Positions 14,040-27,499 are shown, numbered from the stretch's first letter. The stretch: 64,000 bases of DNA from Octopus vulgaris (GCA_951406725.2 OX597819.1:42222001-42286000); one strand, 5' to 3'. The notes: generated by a model from the letters alone, not told the origin. Translations and numbers: made by a program.

Positions 14040-14376
14040 AGTGTGTGTGCATGTGTATAAATGTGATAGCATTATATTTTATTTTACATACAAATTAAAA
14101 GAAGAAAGCGAGGATTTCTCTTTTAAAATGAAACTCAAGTCTTGTTACTTGTCTGACTGGTTGCCGACCAAGGAGTGCCGTTGCAATAGTAAGTTTCTGT
14201 GTGTTTTTGCCAGTTTTTTCTTCATAATAAATCTGTTTTCCAAACAAATAAACAAAGCGAAGGAAGCTTTTATAATCTGTGTACACACACACACACACAC
14301 ACACACACCACATACACACACACCACATACACACACACACACAATCACACAAGCTTTCATAGTTTGTACACCCGAA

Positions 14377-14529
14377 TGGCTGTGTGGTAAGAAGTTTGCT
14401 TACCAATCACATGGTTCCGGATTCAATCCTACTGCGTGGCACATTCGGCAAGTGTCTTCTACTCTACCCTCGGGCCGACCAAAGCCTTGTGAGTGGATTT
14501 GGTAGACGGAAAACTTGAAGAAGCCCGTC

Positions 14530-14592
<63 letters not shown>

Positions 14593-14640
14593 CATACATA
14601 TGTACATACATACAGATAGATAGATAGATAGATGTGTGTG

Positions 14641-14724
<84 letters not shown>

Positions 14725-14994
14725 CATACATATGTACATACATACAGATAGATAGATAGATGTGTGTGTATATATATGTATGCATTTGTGTGTCAGTATT
14801 TGTCCCCCACCCCAACCATCGCTTGACAACCAATGGTTGGTGTGTTTACGTCCCCGTAACATAGTGGTTCGGCAAATGAGACCGATAGAACAAATACTAG
14901 GTTTACAAAGAATAGGTTCTGGGGTTGATGTGTTCGACAAAAGGTAGTGCTCCGGCATGGACGCAGTCAAATGACTGATACAAATAAAAGAATA
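14377..14994 (+). mobile_element. SINE family A with expanded internal microsatellite
   Basis: TGGCTGTGTGGTAAG..AAGCCCGTCG(TA)n..GCAGTCAAATGACTGA..ATAAAAGAATA. Confidence 0.85.
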
Positions 14995-15129
14995 CAAACA
15001 CCAGAGAAAATGAAATCAGTTGTCTGCTGCAGCATGGGCGCGCGAAATTGTGTCACTCTTCACTTTTTCAATTTTTAGAAAATATTCTGAAAGAAAAATT
15101 TATACTGAATTATATTTTTTTTATCTTTG

Positions 15130-15540
15130 TACTTTTTCATTTTTAACTTGTTTCAGTCATATGACTGCGGCCATGCTGGGGCCGATCAAACCCGACCCCA
15201 GGGCCTATTTTTTTAAAGCCCGTTCCTTATTCCCTCCATAATCTTTTGTCAAACCGATAAGCCACAGATACGTAAACAAACTAACACCGGTTGTTATGCT
15301 TGGTAAGACACACACACTCTCTCTCCCTCTGTCTCTCTCATACACACAATCTGTCTCTCACGCACACACACACAAACATATATTATACATATCCGACAGA
15401 CTTCTTTTAGTTTCCGTCTACCAAAACCACTGATAAGGCTTTGGTGGGTCCGAAGCTATAGCAGGTGACACTATATGCAAGGTGCCCCGTAGTCGGACTG
15501 AACGTGGAACCATGTGGTTGGGAAGCAAGCTTCTTATTAC
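15130..15540 (-). mobile_element. SINE family A, diverged, inverted relative to 14377-14994
   Basis: TTTCAGTCATATGACTGCGGCCATGCTGG..GGAACCATGTGGTTGGGAAGCAAGC. Confidence 0.8.
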
Positions 15541-16254
15541 GCAAAAATATTTTAGAAAATGAAGAGGGACGAAATTTAAAAAATAAAAATTTGAAAAATG
15601 TTTTTAATAGAATCGTAATTCTGCTTTATATAAAACCAAAGAAATTATCAAAAAATATAAAAGTAAAGAAACAAGCCACAGCAGATAATGTGATGTACTT
15701 CGATTAGAACCATCAAGTTTAATTCTAATAAGACGAATGGAAAAATTAGGGTTTCACAGTTTTTAATCCGAGATTTGTTAAAAAGAAATTTTGAGTTTTA
15801 TTCCCGAGCAGTCACTTGTGTTATGGATACTTGATGAAAGCGAAAAACTTATGAAAAATAAATATTATGATGAACTACGATAATTAAATCTTTTGATAAA
15901 TAAATAAATGCACGTATTTGACAGAATGAGTGTAGCTGCCGGAGAGAGAGCAGGAATAAAGAGATAGAAATGTGTAACAGAGAGAGAGGGGGGGTGCTAT
16001 AAAATTAAACGTTGTTTGCTTGAAGCATTGAGATATAGAAGTTAAAATAAGAAAACAATGAAGACGGCGAACGTCTTACAAAATGAAGCGTTTAATAAGT
16101 TTTATTTCTGGCGCAAAAACCCATCTTCAGATGTAAACAATCAAGATATGTGAGTCTAAGTAGTAGTGGCCATGTTGAACGCTTTCCCGACGTTGATCGC
16201 TTGGTGTTTGTGTGAGTGATGGTGGCAGCAGTTCATTTTTTATAATGAACGGGT

Positions 16255-16630
16255 TCCAACGCCGGCCGCAGCAACAACGTTCACCCGCCACGCTTCTCGG
16301 TCCATCATCACTGCTTTGAGGTCCTCGATATATTCCAGGCCAGTGTCTGCAGTCAAGTTGTCCATGTAGGTGTGATGATGTTATCTTCTTACATCACTAT
16401 GAAGTGGGCACCACAAGACTAATTTGGGTGCTTCCAGTTCAGGGTGGTGCATGCAGTGACCACTTAGTCGCAGCCGTCTTTGCCTGGCCTTCTCGCTGAC
16501 TTTCGGCATGTCCCCATAAAGGCATTGATTTGTCATATGTTGCTGCCATTTCACATTTACGGCCATTCGTCGTATCCTTGTGTAGCATCCATTTAGCCCG
16601 TTCGATAATTTCTTTGTCAGTGTCCATGTA
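16255..16630 (-). mobile_element. RTE-like LINE 3' fragment
   Basis: WTLTK..GCYTR..RRLRLSGHCMHHPEL..LVLW..MMDREAW. Confidence 0.8.
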
Positions 16631-16719
16631 TGTAAAATAATGTATGTAATATGTGGAAAAAGTAATTTTGTTGAAATTTTAAAAAAAAGTAATGGAAACG
16701 TTAGTTTATTGTATAATGA

Positions 16720-17015
16720 AGTAATGAGCCGGGATGCAGTAATTAAGAAATTTCTTCGTGAGATAAAGGCCAAGCAACTGAGATTTCCTGGTCATGTGAT
16801 GAGGAAAGAGAGCCTGGAGAAATTAGCAATGACCGGAAGGGTTGAAGGGAAAATAAGCAGAGGAAGAATAATAATATGGATGACGAACTTGAAGAACTGA
16901 TTAGAAGAAAGAGACATTAAACATCAAGAAATGGAACTGTCACAGAAAACAAAGAATATAGATTTGTGGTAGGACATGATTGCTTATGTCCTACATTCTA
17001 GAAATAGCACCTAAA
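16720..17015 (+). mobile_element. RTE LINE 3' fragment
   Basis: IKAKQLRFPGHVMRKESLEKLAMTGRVEGKISRGR. Confidence 0.8.
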
Positions 17016-17075
17016 GAGGAAAGTTTATTGGTATCATGGAGTCTTATATAAAAATAAACTTGGATAATTTTTTTG

Positions 17076-17346
17076 CAGCGTGGAAGATGTTTATAAGCCA
17101 TTAAAAAAAAACACACACACACAAAAAAAAGTTCAATTCACTTCAGTATTTAAATTTAATTTGTGTCAAAATATTTTCGTTGCTTTGAAACCGCGACCTG
17201 TTCACTGACAAAACTTCGTGCTGCATCTGACACAAATTTAATTTAAACTTCGTGCTGCATTTGACACAAATCAAATTTAAATGTTGAAGTGAATCTAACC
17301 GTTCTTTTTGTGTTTTTAAATGGCTTATAAACACCTTCCACGCTGT
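17076..17346. mobile_element. Fold-back element with ~90-bp inverted arms and a central hammerhead-like motif (second copy at 33227-33397)
   Basis: CAGCGTGGAAGATGTTTATAAGCCATT.. versus ..AATGGCTTATAAACACCTTCCACGCTG. Confidence 0.8.
17164..17210 (-). ncRNA. Minimal hammerhead ribozyme, G3-C8 core variant
   Basis: Minus strand TGTCA-GTGAACA-G-GTCGC-GGTTTCAAA-GCAAC-GAA-AATATT-T-TGACA. Confidence 0.6.
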
Positions 17347-17819
17347 GCAAGTACATCTCCGTAAATTTTTTTCCTGTTTTATACAAAACCTTTGACATCA
17401 AATTCATATAATTCCAAAGAATTGAATTGTGCCTTTGCGTTATACTCCATTTCCCGAGGGACTAAATTTCTTAAAATATATTCGTTCTGGCTACTGCTTC
17501 TCGAAACCATCTCACTTCTTGAATTTACCGAGTTATCAGAAGATGTGAAGATAAAAAAAAGGACGGAAAAAAAAAGAAAAAGAACCTTTTTCATTGGTGC
17601 ATAACTTTAGGGAAGCCGATTGTCTCGAATATGACTTTGGTGAATTCCACCATTCAATGTAGGATTATCAATTTGGTTAGGTCAATGTTTTTTAGTTGCC
17701 TAACTTGTTGTGAAAAGGAGATGGTGTTTCTCCTCTCTGACTGCTCGAAAGAATACTGCTGTGTATATCTGCTCATGAAACAATCTTACACAAACCCCAA
17801 AACGAAATAAATTTAAATT

Positions 17820-19290
17820 CCCAACAATCCTTTTTAAATCATGCAAAGGAGCTCTAGCAAAACCTCTTCAGTTTCTTTCCCAGAACTGCCTTGCAAGTGG
17901 TAAACTCCCAGTCAAATTGTAGTGGGGGAATAATATGCCCTGTTAATAAAGGAGGAAGCAGAGTAGATGCGAAAGCCTACAGGCCTATCTCTCTGACCTC
18001 ACACATTAGGAAAATCATAGAACGAAAATGGAAACCAATCGCGTTCCTTGAAGAGAATGACTTGTCGACCAGGTAGGATTTGCCTGACACAGCTCTCACA
18101 GCACTACGACTGGTGCTAAAGCATCAGCTCAACAACTCAAATGTGAATGTGATATATCTCGACTTTGCAAAAGCCTTTCATGGTTTGTCTCACAATAAGC
18201 TGTGTGATTTCGACAGTCGGAAAACTTGTAGAATGTCTAAGTGACTTTTTAAAAGATAAAAGTCAGGCTGTGGTAGCCAATGGAACCATCGCTAAAGAAA
18301 CACCAGTAGTGAGTGGTATACTACAGAACACTGCTTTAGGGCCAATGCAATTCACTATTGTCCTCTCAGAAATGCACTTAGCTGCTCAGATAACCAACCT
18401 TGCTAGCTATACAGACGATACAGAAGTCTCTCAAAGGATACAGAACCTTGGAGATGCTACATACTTGCAACAGGAATTAGACGCAATATAGAGTATACAG
18501 ATGGACCGAGAACAATAACATGACCCTTCGCTATCAGCATACGAGGCCACATGAAATGCAGACAAGACACAGGCCCAGGAGGTACAGCAATCCCTGAATC
18601 AGAATCAGGGCAATGGCACGAGTAATGATGCATCTTTCCAGGTGTATATTACAAAGTTAGCAATAAAGTGCAGGTAGCTGGCAGGATGGATCCTTAGAAC
18701 TTTCAGAACGAGAGAATAAGAAACTACGTAGGTCTTCTGGAGGTCATTTGTTCTGGGTCGCTTAAACAACTAGTGTCAGCTATGGTTGACGAAACTCGAA
18801 GCAATCCACAGAAGTTACACAAAGAAGATGGTTTCAATGTGACAGGTCAGCAACTGGAAAACGCTGAAAAAGAGAAGACTGTATTTCCTAGAACGAAGGC
18901 GGGAAAGACAGGCGAGGATATGCAATTGGAAAATCCTGGAAGGACTTGTACTAAATTTTGGCATTATAAAAACAACAAAACGGGGCACCACTGCAGAGGG
19001 ACAACATCCCATCATTGCCATCAAGATACTAGACCAGATACGGAAAGAATTTGGGTTTCAAGGGCACTCAGCTCTTCAATATCCTCCCATAAAGCACGAA
19101 AGACCTAAATGGGGGTGCATGTGTTTTCAAAACAAAACTTGATCTCCTCCTGTGAAGAGTTCCGGATGAACCTCCCTCGCTGCAGGAAATGCTAACGAGG
19201 GTAGCAACATGAAACTCCCTCATTCACCAAATGCCTCATATCAGAGGAGGACTGAAGCAATGAAAGTGAAGCAAAACTATTGACAGTGTT
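17820..19290 (+). mobile_element. Decayed CR1/Jockey-group LINE, RT region to 3' end
   Basis: KGGSR..AYRPISLTSH, IYLDFAKAF, SGILQNTALGP and YTDDT, broken by frameshifts and stops. Confidence 0.85.
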
Positions 19291-19304
19291 CCAGCATGGC
19301 CGCA

Positions 19305-19344
<40 letters not shown>

Positions 19345-19816
19345 ACATGAATATTCATACACAAATACCTATATGTGCATAAATGTTGATATATATTTAT
19401 ATATGCATGCATCTATATAACACGTAACGTACAGAATACATCCACATATATACACAGCTCACAACCACATACTTCTCGTATGACGTATTTACGCAACTAT
19501 TTCAATATACACATGTCGGATGTACTTTTCCAATACCTCCTCAGTTGTTCTCCGTTTGACAAACTTTTAATAAGCGTTAACTCTTCTGCAAGTACGCCCA
19601 CGAACACGCTCATATACATACACAAAAAACACATACATATGTACATACAAGCATACATACATATATACATACATATCTACAAAAATATACATATGCCAAT
19701 CTATGTATCTATCTGTGTATATATATATAAATTGTGAAAAATTGTGAAAAATATTCTTATAGTGATATATAAATATATATATACATATACTCATATAGAT
19801 ACATATATATATATAT

Positions 19817-20240
19817 ATAACTTAGAATAACTTAGAAAGGTTTTGGCCAGTATTGGCCCAGGCCATGTCTAACTTAATAGCACCACCTGGCGAAGTCTTT
19901 CAATTCAGGATTTGGGCACCAAGGCCCATTCGAGCAGAGAGTTATTGTTTACGGAGACATATCCGGGTGTGGGTGGTTTGTCCGGGTGTGTTTGAAGGAA
20001 TTTGTCCAAAGACTTCTTGAATTTTGTGTGGTCAGTTTCTTTTTTGATGTGTCCTGGTGTAATGTTGAAGAGAGCAGGTCCAATTAAGGTGAAATAGTTG
20101 TGCCGTATCGTCGTTATGTGATGCGATTTAGATTTTTGTTGTGGACGGATGGCACGTGGTCCAAGCCTTGGATGTATTTTGAAGGTGATGCCAACATCAT
20201 TCGGACAGTGCTGATGGAATATTTTCCACATCATACAGAT
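19817..20240 (-). mobile_element. CR1-group LINE 3' end with short tandem tail
   Basis: GPALFNI..FKKSLDKFLQTHPDKP..NNNSLLEW. Tail TTCTAAGTTA occurs twice. Confidence 0.8.
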
Positions 20241-20268
20241 ATATATGTATGTATATATTATATATAGG

Positions 20269-20319
<51 letters not shown>

Positions 20320-20454
20320 ATATATACATATTATATAGGTATATATATATATGTATATAATATATACATACGTATATATGTATATATATATACATATATA
20401 TGTATATATATATATGCATATATATACATATATATATGTATATCTATCTGTCTG

Positions 20455-20533
<79 letters not shown>

Positions 20534-20631
20534 CGTCATCATCATCGTTGAACGTTCATCTTCCATATATACATGCATGTATACATATATATCCGCACAC
20601 GTATATCATATATATATATATAAGTCAGATA

Positions 20632-20705
<74 letters not shown>

Positions 20706-21209
20706 GTGTATGTATGCACCACACACACGTACACACACACATTTATATTAAGAAAAAGGAGACTTTGGATAAAAAATTATTTACAGCTTTAGTTCCTTTT
20801 AAGCATTCGTGTCACACACACAGACACACATATATGTATGTATGTATATATACATATATATATACTTACACGCAAACACAAATATACATACACACACACA
20901 CCTATGCCTATATATATGTATGTATGCATGAATATGTATGTATATATGTACGTGCGCCTGTGCGAGTAGTGTATGAACACATCAAAGTTAAACATGAATA
21001 CCTCATTACCATTTATCATGCAGTTGCTACTCGTTTACATTCCGTTAAGACACCCAGACAGAGATATATACACACACACATTTATAAATATATATATATA
21101 TATATACACACACACATATGTATACATAAATATATACATACATACATATATATGTATATATATACATATATGTATGCGTATATATATATACATATATGTA
21201 TATTGCATA

Positions 21210-21272
<63 letters not shown>

Positions 21273-21438
21273 AACATAGATGTGTGTATTTCTCCTTAAC
21301 CCTCTCCCGCTTATATGTGTTTAAAAACACTAAATCATGATAAATGGGACTCAATACGTCATACTTTAATGTCTGTAATAATGACAGTTTCTCAGTAGTT
21401 CGCCGAGTCTGTGAGACACAGACTTCACGTATGTTGTA

Positions 21439-21504
<66 letters not shown>

Positions 21505-21739
21505 TGTGCGCGTGTGTATATGCACGAATATATCGCGGTCGGCTGTCACTAGCAATCAAATAAGATTTGGCGGCAAGTTTGTTTCCTATACGAAACTTCA
21601 GCAATGATGCTTCGCTCTTTCCACGGAAGCTAGACCAAAAACATTGATACTTACATGTCTATACATGTCACAGAGTACTGTTGTCAGTTCTGCTATAATG
21701 GACCTTGTCCTAGTTTTTTCCTCTTACGGTTCTGTCCGT

Positions 21740-22600
21740 TGCCGCTCTGCAACTTTTACGACTGTCATTACAGCTCTTCGCCATAGCTCGCATCGGTTAC
21801 GATCTTCTCTAATACAGTAGCATACCCTGAAACCACCAGCTTCATTGATTTGTCGTTTGTTGACATCCTTATAACGAAGCTTCGGTCATCCTCTTCGATG
21901 GATTCCCAAGCTTCAGTTCGTTGAAGAATATAACCGCAGAGATCCTGGTATTCTATATGCAGATCATTTTATACAAGTACGATTCTAGTAGAACAGATGC
22001 TCAACATTAGGTATATTTATGTGTCAACCAGAATGGAGATGTTTCACCAAGATATATTCATTATTGATGCAAGGCGTAACGGGCAATGCATTACCTTCCT
22101 GTTAGATCGACGGAAATATCAAGGTATTGGTTGAGTACAACAGACGGTGTAGCAATACTGCTCATTGCACTTTGTATTTCGCCGACGGTTTTATGCCTTG
22201 AGGTCTCAACAGTTACCATCAAGTCCCCCACCTCCACCAATAACTGCAGCATACTTGATGAGTCTAACTATCACCGTGTCTCCGATGTTATTAGAAATTA
22301 CTGCCTAAATATGTGAACTTCGTGATGAGAGCGAGTGGATATTCACGCGCCCTTACTTAAGTTTCAGCTTCATATATAATGTTTTGTCTCATAATAATTG
22401 ATAGGCCGGTGGCTGTTGAGACACATTCAAAATAATACGCAAATTTAAGGATAACCTTCGTGAAACAAGCCACGAGTGGTGAGTCTTCAGCGAAGAGAAG
22501 TTTGCGAATACACCACATACTAGTGGGCTTTCTAGAGGATTTTGTGGATCTTTGCCAGGATAACTTCCACAGCCCACCATGCATTATTGTGTAGATATAC
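21740..22600 (-). mobile_element. Decayed RTE LINE
   Basis: IRKLLFAEDS (FADD motif region) and RRG*PKLRYKDV. Confidence 0.65.
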
Positions 22601-23220
22601 ACCTGTCAGCTAGTTCGTCGTGTTATAAACACAGGAACCAGAAATATCGCAACAGAGCACTGTTTCTACACATACATATACATACACTTTAACACACACA
22701 CATGCGCGCTCGCATACCCGTTTACTGAAACAAGTAAGATAGAAGAAAAAAGACAATACGGGTATCACAGATGAAATGCAGCATTTTGTGCAACACCAAA
22801 ATTGTTACAGTAATAACGATAATCGATACCAATACTCTACGAGGCAATTAGTGATTGAGGACATTGGATACCACCTGTTGGTTACTGATTCAATTTTGGT
22901 CCGCTTGATCTTTGAATCGGATTTACTCTCTAGTATATCAGTATCACTGTGTTGTTATACACCGTTGGTCACAATGCACTTCCTTGCATTGCTGTCGTTC
23001 TCGATCTATGCCAGCCCACCGGACAAGCGGATAGGCCATATATATGTATATGTCTCTCTCTCACTCTCTTTCTCCCTTTCTCTTTCTCTTATCCGCTAGT
23101 GATATATATATATATATATATACCGGAGTAAACACATAAATGTGAAACAAGGTGGAAAAAAGAGTACTCAAATACCAGTGGTAGAGTAATATGCTTTATT
23201 TTAAGCAGCAGAAAATTCAA

Positions 23221-23270
23221 CAAAATCTGTTACTCTGAGTTTCTCGTTGCCGTTCATCAGACAGTTTTTG
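23221..23270 (-). ncRNA. Type I hammerhead ribozyme of the pLTR
   Basis: CAAAA-A-CTGT-CTGATGA-ACG-GCAA-CGA-GAA-ACTC-A-GAGT-A-ACAG-A-TTTTG: canonical core, GUA cleavage triplet, GNRA loop. Confidence 0.8.
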
Positions 23271-24333
23271 CTAGAATGGAACATATATATTAATTCAATC
23301 TATACTCTTACAAACGCTACATCTTTAAAAAGAAATGGACTTGTTTGATTGGCCCTTTAGAAAAAACGGTCAATCTTCGAGCGATAAACAAAAGGTCAAA
23401 AATATATGTATATATATATAAAAAAACTTATAAAAATTATAAAATCCGAGGAAAAAACCGAGGAAAAAACCTATTGCCGTTAATGAAGACAGTACAAATT
23501 AATGCATAGAAATTAAACCTGTTATAAATACTGCAATACATATTTATATTAAAATCCACATATATATATCAACATACACAAAAGGATGCGCGTAAACGCC
23601 ATACATACATATACAGACGTATGAATATGAATCTAAATTATACACATAAAAGCATGTGTACATATATTCACGCAAACCGTCTCGCACGCAAGCTAAAATT
23701 CATCTATGTAGCAATTCTCATATACTGAGCAAGGAGGGGGAACGAAAGAAAGGGAAAGAGAGAAAAAGGAACGAAGGAGGGGTGGGGAAAAACTTGTAGC
23801 GATATTATTGCCATCTATAGAGGCCAGTATACATACACAAGTTTGAATTGATACATATACATACCGTCGTGTGTATGCGTGCTTAAGCACAAGCATACTT
23901 TCACTTACACATACACAGATACGCATGCTTACAAATACATATGCTTTGCTATACACAAACTTATATAAACATTCTAAATTTGACAACATTGCTTTTTTAA
24001 AAAAAACATTGCTTTTAAAAAATGGGTGCATTAATAAAAATATATACGAAAGACATATAAAATAAAAAAACATCCTATTTCGGGTCATTTATAAATAATC
24101 AAGGTAATATAAATAATCAAGGTAATCTTATGCAATACAATAACATGAAAACAAAGTTTGTAGGTTTTTCCTAATATATATGTAGAAACAATAAGACTTT
24201 GCTATAGGTCCGTCGTAGCGCTCAAAAGTCAAAATCAAAATCAAAAAATCAAAATACAAAATATATACTCTATCCATATGGTATATTTATATTCGACATT
24301 TTAAATTTAGCCGTGTGCCTACATAAGTTCATC

Positions 24334-25524
24334 AACGGGGCTGAATTATGTATGCTCATAGGAGCCTTTATTCTCCATAATCTAAAAATAGAATTCCCAT
24401 TTATAGATGCAGGTCTATATAGGGATGACGGCCTTATAGCCACGCATAATCTAAACGGCCATGAATCAGATAGACTTAGGAAGGACCTTATAGCTTTCTT
24501 TCAAAGGATGGGCTTACGGATTACGATAGATACTAACCTGAATAGTGTAGATTTTTTAGACGTAAATTTTAATGTAAGATCGGATAGATTTAAACCTTTC
24601 CGTAAGCCCAATGAAAAGCTATCGTATATTAGCAAAGATTCGAACCATCCACCAGTTATCCTTAGCAACTTAGTCAGCAATGTAGGTAGAAGAATATCTT
24701 CAATCTCTTCGGACGAGGCAGCATTCCATAATGCTGCACCTTATTACGATAGCGCATTAAAGAATAGTGGATTCTCGGAGAAGATCCAGTTCAACCAGCT
24801 TAATGCTAATAATAATGCTGCACGAAGAACTAGGACCAGGAAAGTTTTGTGGTTCAACCCGGCTTTCAATTTGGCCGTAAAGACTAATATAGGTAAGAAA
24901 TTTTTGAGATTAGTCTCTAAGCATTTTAGGCAGGGTCATAAATTCTACAGAATATTTAATAGAAGAACCCTGAAGGTTAGCTATTCTTGTTGCAGAAATT
25001 TCGCCTCTTACATTAGCCAACATAATAGGAAGCTAATTGAGATTAGACATGGTGCCGAGCCCATTAAGAAATGTAATTTCAAAAACGAAAGCTCCTGTCC
25101 GTTAGAAGGGAAATGTCTAGTGAAAGGAGTAGTTTATAGAGCCAAGGTGCAAGTGGAAGGCTCATCGGAATACAAGACATACACAGGGGCTTCAGAAAAT
25201 TCATTTAAAACAAGATTTTATTCTCATAAGAATTCTTTTAAATACCCAGAGAATAGAAAGAAAACCAGCCTAGCAAAATATGTCTGGGAACTAAAAGAAA
25301 AGGAAGCCCCACCTTTCAACGTGACATGGAGCATTCTGGACAGGGCGGCACCATACAGGCATGGAGCTTACAAATATAATTTCAAGTGCAGGCTTTGCTT
25401 ATTAGAAAAAATGCACATATTATTCAAAGACAATAATTCTTTGAATCAAAGAAGTGAATTAATGAACTTATGTAGGCACACGGCTAAATTTAAAATGTCG
25501 AATATAAATATACCATATGGATAG
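24334..25524 (+). CDS. Penelope-like RT (C-terminal half) plus GIY-YIG endonuclease, 5'-truncated, uninterrupted
   Basis: GAELC..IG, LYRDDGL, VDFLDV, SNHPP, VLWFNP, KVSYSC, C-x-(F)-x5-C-x5-C linker, VVY..YTG..FKTRFYSH, CRLC..CRH. Confidence 0.9.
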   Translation, partial: NGAELCMLIGAFILHNLKIEFPFIDAGLYRDDGLIATHNLNGHESDRLRKDLIAFFQRMGLRITIDTNLNSVDFLDVNFNVRSDRFKPFRKPNEKLSYISKDSNHPPVILSNLVSNVGRRISSISSDEAAFHNAAPYYDSALKNSGFSEKIQFNQLNANNNAARRTRTRKVLWFNPAFNLAVKTNIGKKFLRLVSKHFRQGHKFYRIFNRRTLKVSYSCCRNFASYISQHNRKLIEIRHGAEPIKKCNFKNESSCPLEGKCLVKGVVYRAKVQVEGSSEYKTYTGASENSFKTRFYSHKNSFKYPENRKKTSLAKYVWELKEKEAPPFNVTWSILDRAAPYRHGAYKYNFKCRLCLLEKMHILFKDNNSLNQRSELMNLCRHTAKFKMSNINIPYG

Positions 25525-26545
25525 AGTATATATTTTGTATTTTGATTTTTTGATTTTGATTTTGACTTTTGAGCGCTACGACGGACCTATAGCAAAGTCT
25601 TATTGTTTCTACATATATATTAGGAAAAACCTACAAACTTTGTTTTCATGTTATTGTATTGCATAAGATTACCTTGATTATTTATATTACCTTGATTATT
25701 TATAAATGACCCGAAATAGGATGTTTTTTATTTTATATGTCTTTCGTATATATTTTTATTAATGCACCCATTTTTTAAAAGCAATGTTTTTTTTAAAAAA
25801 AGCAATGTTGTCAAATTTAGAATGTTTATATAAGTTTGTGTATAGCAAAGCATATGTATTTGTAAGCATGCGTATCTGTGTATGTGTAAGTGAAAGTATG
25901 CTTGTGCTTAAGCACGCATACACACGACGGTATGTATATGTATCAATTCAAACTTGTGTATGTATACTGGCCTCTATAGATGGCAATAATATCGCTACAA
26001 GTTTTTTCCCCACCCCTCCTTCGTTCCTTTTTCTCTCTTTCCCTTTCTTTCGTTCCCCCTCCTTGCTCAGTATATGAGAATTGCTACATAGATGAATTTT
26101 AGCTTGCGTGCGAGACGGTTTGCGTGAATATATGTACACATGCTTTTATGTGTATAATTTAGATTCATATTCATACGTCTGTATATGTATGTATGGCGTT
26201 TACGCGCATCCTTTTGTGTATGTTGATATATATATGTGGATTTTAATATAAATATGTATTGCAGTATTTATAACAGGTTTAATTTCTATGCATTAATTTG
26301 TACTGTCTTCATTAACGGCAATAGGTTTTTTCCTCGGTTTTTTCCTCGGATTTTATAATTTTTATAAGTTTTTTTATATATATATACATATATTTTTGAC
26401 CTTTTGTTTATCGCTCGAAGATTGACCGTTTTTTCTAAAGCATCACCACCGGATCATTCTACACATCTGTGTAATTTTTCTTGCAATTCCACCAAGCCGT
26501 TTGACTGTGAATCTCAAGACAAGAAAGAATTGCCCATGTCAAATT

Positions 26546-26577
<32 letters not shown>

Positions 26578-26611
26578 TGTATGTATGTATGTATGTATGT
26601 ATGTATGTATG

Positions 26612-26659
<48 letters not shown>

Positions 26660-26685
26660 CATACATACATACATACACACATACA

Positions 26686-26717
<32 letters not shown>

Positions 26718-26746
26718 CATGCATACATATACACACATATACATAC

Positions 26747-26795
<49 letters not shown>

Positions 26796-27499
26796 CACAC
26801 ACGTGCATATACGTAATTCAAACACACACACACACACATACCTAAATTATATATGATTTAATTTTCCAAACTGTTTCTCCCATATAACTCCATTCTAATC
26901 CTTACTTTAATAAATTTTCCTTTTATTTTCTTTTAGTTCCTCTTCATTGTTTTACCGAACACATCAAAACAAAGAAAATACATAAAATGATACATACAAA
27001 ATATAGACGCTTATATGGATAATATTTACATATTTATGGGTTAAAACAAAACAAAACCCCAAAGACTGAAATTCATTTCTCTGAAATTATTTATTCATTT
27101 CAACATTTATCAAGAACACAAGAGAAAGACCAGTTAAAACTAATAAAAAGAAGAGAAAGATTAAAACTTCAGATTATCAGCAACTTCTTCCATGGTGTTG
27201 ATTTTTCTCTTCGCTCAAAATCCTTTTTGTTCTTCACATTTCTAAAGTACGAGATCGTATCTATGTATGTTTTTTCTATGCCTGGTGTTCCCTCTTTGGA
27301 TAGATTTTTGCAATTTAGCACAATTGTTTGAATCCGTTGTGGTGAACATATAATTTGTAACAAAATTAAATAATCTTTAAGAGTAGCGGCTGTCCCTGCT
27401 CCGATCGGGAGTTAAGAAGCATTATTGTGAGCGTCCCGCTATTAGTAGTCGACTGGAATGACGTTTTAGATGCACAATGAGATTCACGGCATAAATTGA

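Larger units (their letters stand above)
23121..26440 (+). mobile_element. 5'-truncated Penelope-like retroelement (Naiad-type) with inverted pLTR
   Basis: 23355-24332 is the near-perfect reverse complement of 25462-26440. The left arm continues to 23121 with a hammerhead and AATAAA, and abuts (TA)n. Confidence 0.9.

Noticed and set aside
16100-16135. CTGAAGA..GAAA motif (similar ones at 47035-47052 and ~2125-2160)
   Set aside because: Stems I and III or the GAAA are missing. Too degenerate to call.
23693-24088. 131-aa ORF mirrored at 25784-26077
   Set aside because: Low-complexity pLTR sequence, and the frame is broken by a homopolymer difference between the arms.
24313-24333. GTG start of the 403-aa ORF
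   Set aside because: It lies inside the inverted arm. The RT is 5'-truncated at ~24333, so this is not a real initiation site.
25525-26440. SECIS element for a Naiad selenoprotein
   Set aside because: No in-frame TGA in the retained ORF and no convincing AUGA..AA..GA stem by eye. A SECISearch run would be needed.
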